Virus record (IMG/VR): IMGVR_UViG_3300032334_000315
Location: 64,001-128,000 of that record
DNA length: 64,000 bases
Source of the DNA: a virus
Reading direction: 5' to 3' (one strand)
The notes under the pieces are model-generated. The model was not told where the DNA came from, searched no databases, and was given only the letters and a program-made list of their open reading frames with translations. Below, piece after piece: positions 63,373-64,000 of the stretch. Position 1 is the stretch's first letter; each line of letters opens with the position of its first letter. The translations under genes were made by a program, and so were the position numbers.

Positions 63373-64000
63373 ATGGCACTACCGAAATTGGCTACACCAA
63401 AATTTGGATTAGACTTACCATCAAGTGGGCAAAGAATTAATTTTAGGCCGTTTGTTGTGAAAGAGGAAAAGATGTTGCTTATGGCTGCATCCGCTGAAGA
63501 CCAAAACTCTATGATTGACGCTGTGAAAGATGTTATCGCAGCCTGTGTGACGAGCGATATCAATGTGGATAAGCTACCATATTTTGACCTTGAATATATC
63601 TTCCTCAACATTAGAGCGAAGTCAATTGGTGAAATCGTCAAGATGGAATATCGCCACACTGGCGGTGTAAACTATGCAGGCATCGCATGTGAAGCTGTTA
63701 CACCAGTTGATATCAATCTTGAAGAAGTGAAGGTCCAAAAAAGTGATAGCCACTCAAGCAGAATTGATCTTGATGGTATTCTTGGTATGGAAATGAGATA
63801 TCCTACCATCAGTGATATCAAACAAATTACACAAGGCGACGATGAAATTGAGATGCTGGCTAAATGTATTATGTCGGTATATGACGCAGAAGAAGTTTAC
63901 GAACCGGATAATTTGGCTGATTCAATTCAGTTTATTGAAGGCCTCAATAGCGTCCAGTTTGCTAAAGTAATGCAGTTCATTCAGACGATTCCAAAGCTAA
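63373..64000 (+). CDS. gp26: baseplate hub assembly protein (runs off window end)
   Basis: Read manually after GAGG SD: MALPKLATPKFGLDLPSSGQRINFRPFVVKEEKMLLMA...FDLEYIFLNIRAKSIGE. Confidence 0.92.
   Translation, partial: MALPKLATPKFGLDLPSSGQRINFRPFVVKEEKMLLMAASAEDQNSMIDAVKDVIAACVTSDINVDKLPYFDLEYIFLNIRAKSIGEIVKMEYRHTGGVNYAGIACEAVTPVDINLEEVKVQKSDSHSSRIDLDGILGMEMRYPTISDIKQITQGDDEIEMLAKCIMSVYDAEEVYEPDNLADSIQFIEGLNSVQFAKVMQFIQTIPKL

Noticed and set aside
1-64000. Stop-codon reassignment, introns/inteins, tRNA genes
   Set aside because: Core genes are full-length and uninterrupted in the standard code and all three stop codons are used. Intergenic gaps are under 100 nt with no tRNA-like sequence seen.

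Overview
A 64-kb piece of a large T4-like (T4-superfamily) myovirus genome, covering the virion morphogenesis region and read with the standard genetic code. On the minus strand, from right to left: gp48, gp53, a gp27-like hub protein, a gp5 split into separate OB-fold and beta-helix genes, gp25, gp6, gp7, gp8, a VrlC-like giant protein, fibre and adhesin genes, gp13-gp20, about 16 kb of fibre/adhesin genes, prohead core genes, gp21 and gp22. A divergent plus-strand unit encodes gp4, gp2, a gp54-like protein and gp26. T4-type late promoters (TATAAATA and variants) precede most units. The most unusual part is a ~9.3-kb island (27.8-37.1 kb) between the gp38-like adhesin and gp13. It encodes four paralogous PP-loop (SGGxDS) adenylating enzymes, three secreted Bug/TctC-type solute-binding proteins with no transporter in the window, two 2OG-Fe(II) oxygenases and a fatty-acid hydroxylase/desaturase. 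Two [PP-loop, TctC] cassettes are arranged as mirror images and appear to be late-transcribed. Other notable points are a dense A/S-N-T/S motif in structural proteins, a perfect sigma70 promoter firing antisense into the hub operon, and a chained, nested fibre system. All assignments come from motif recognition by eye; no searches were run.
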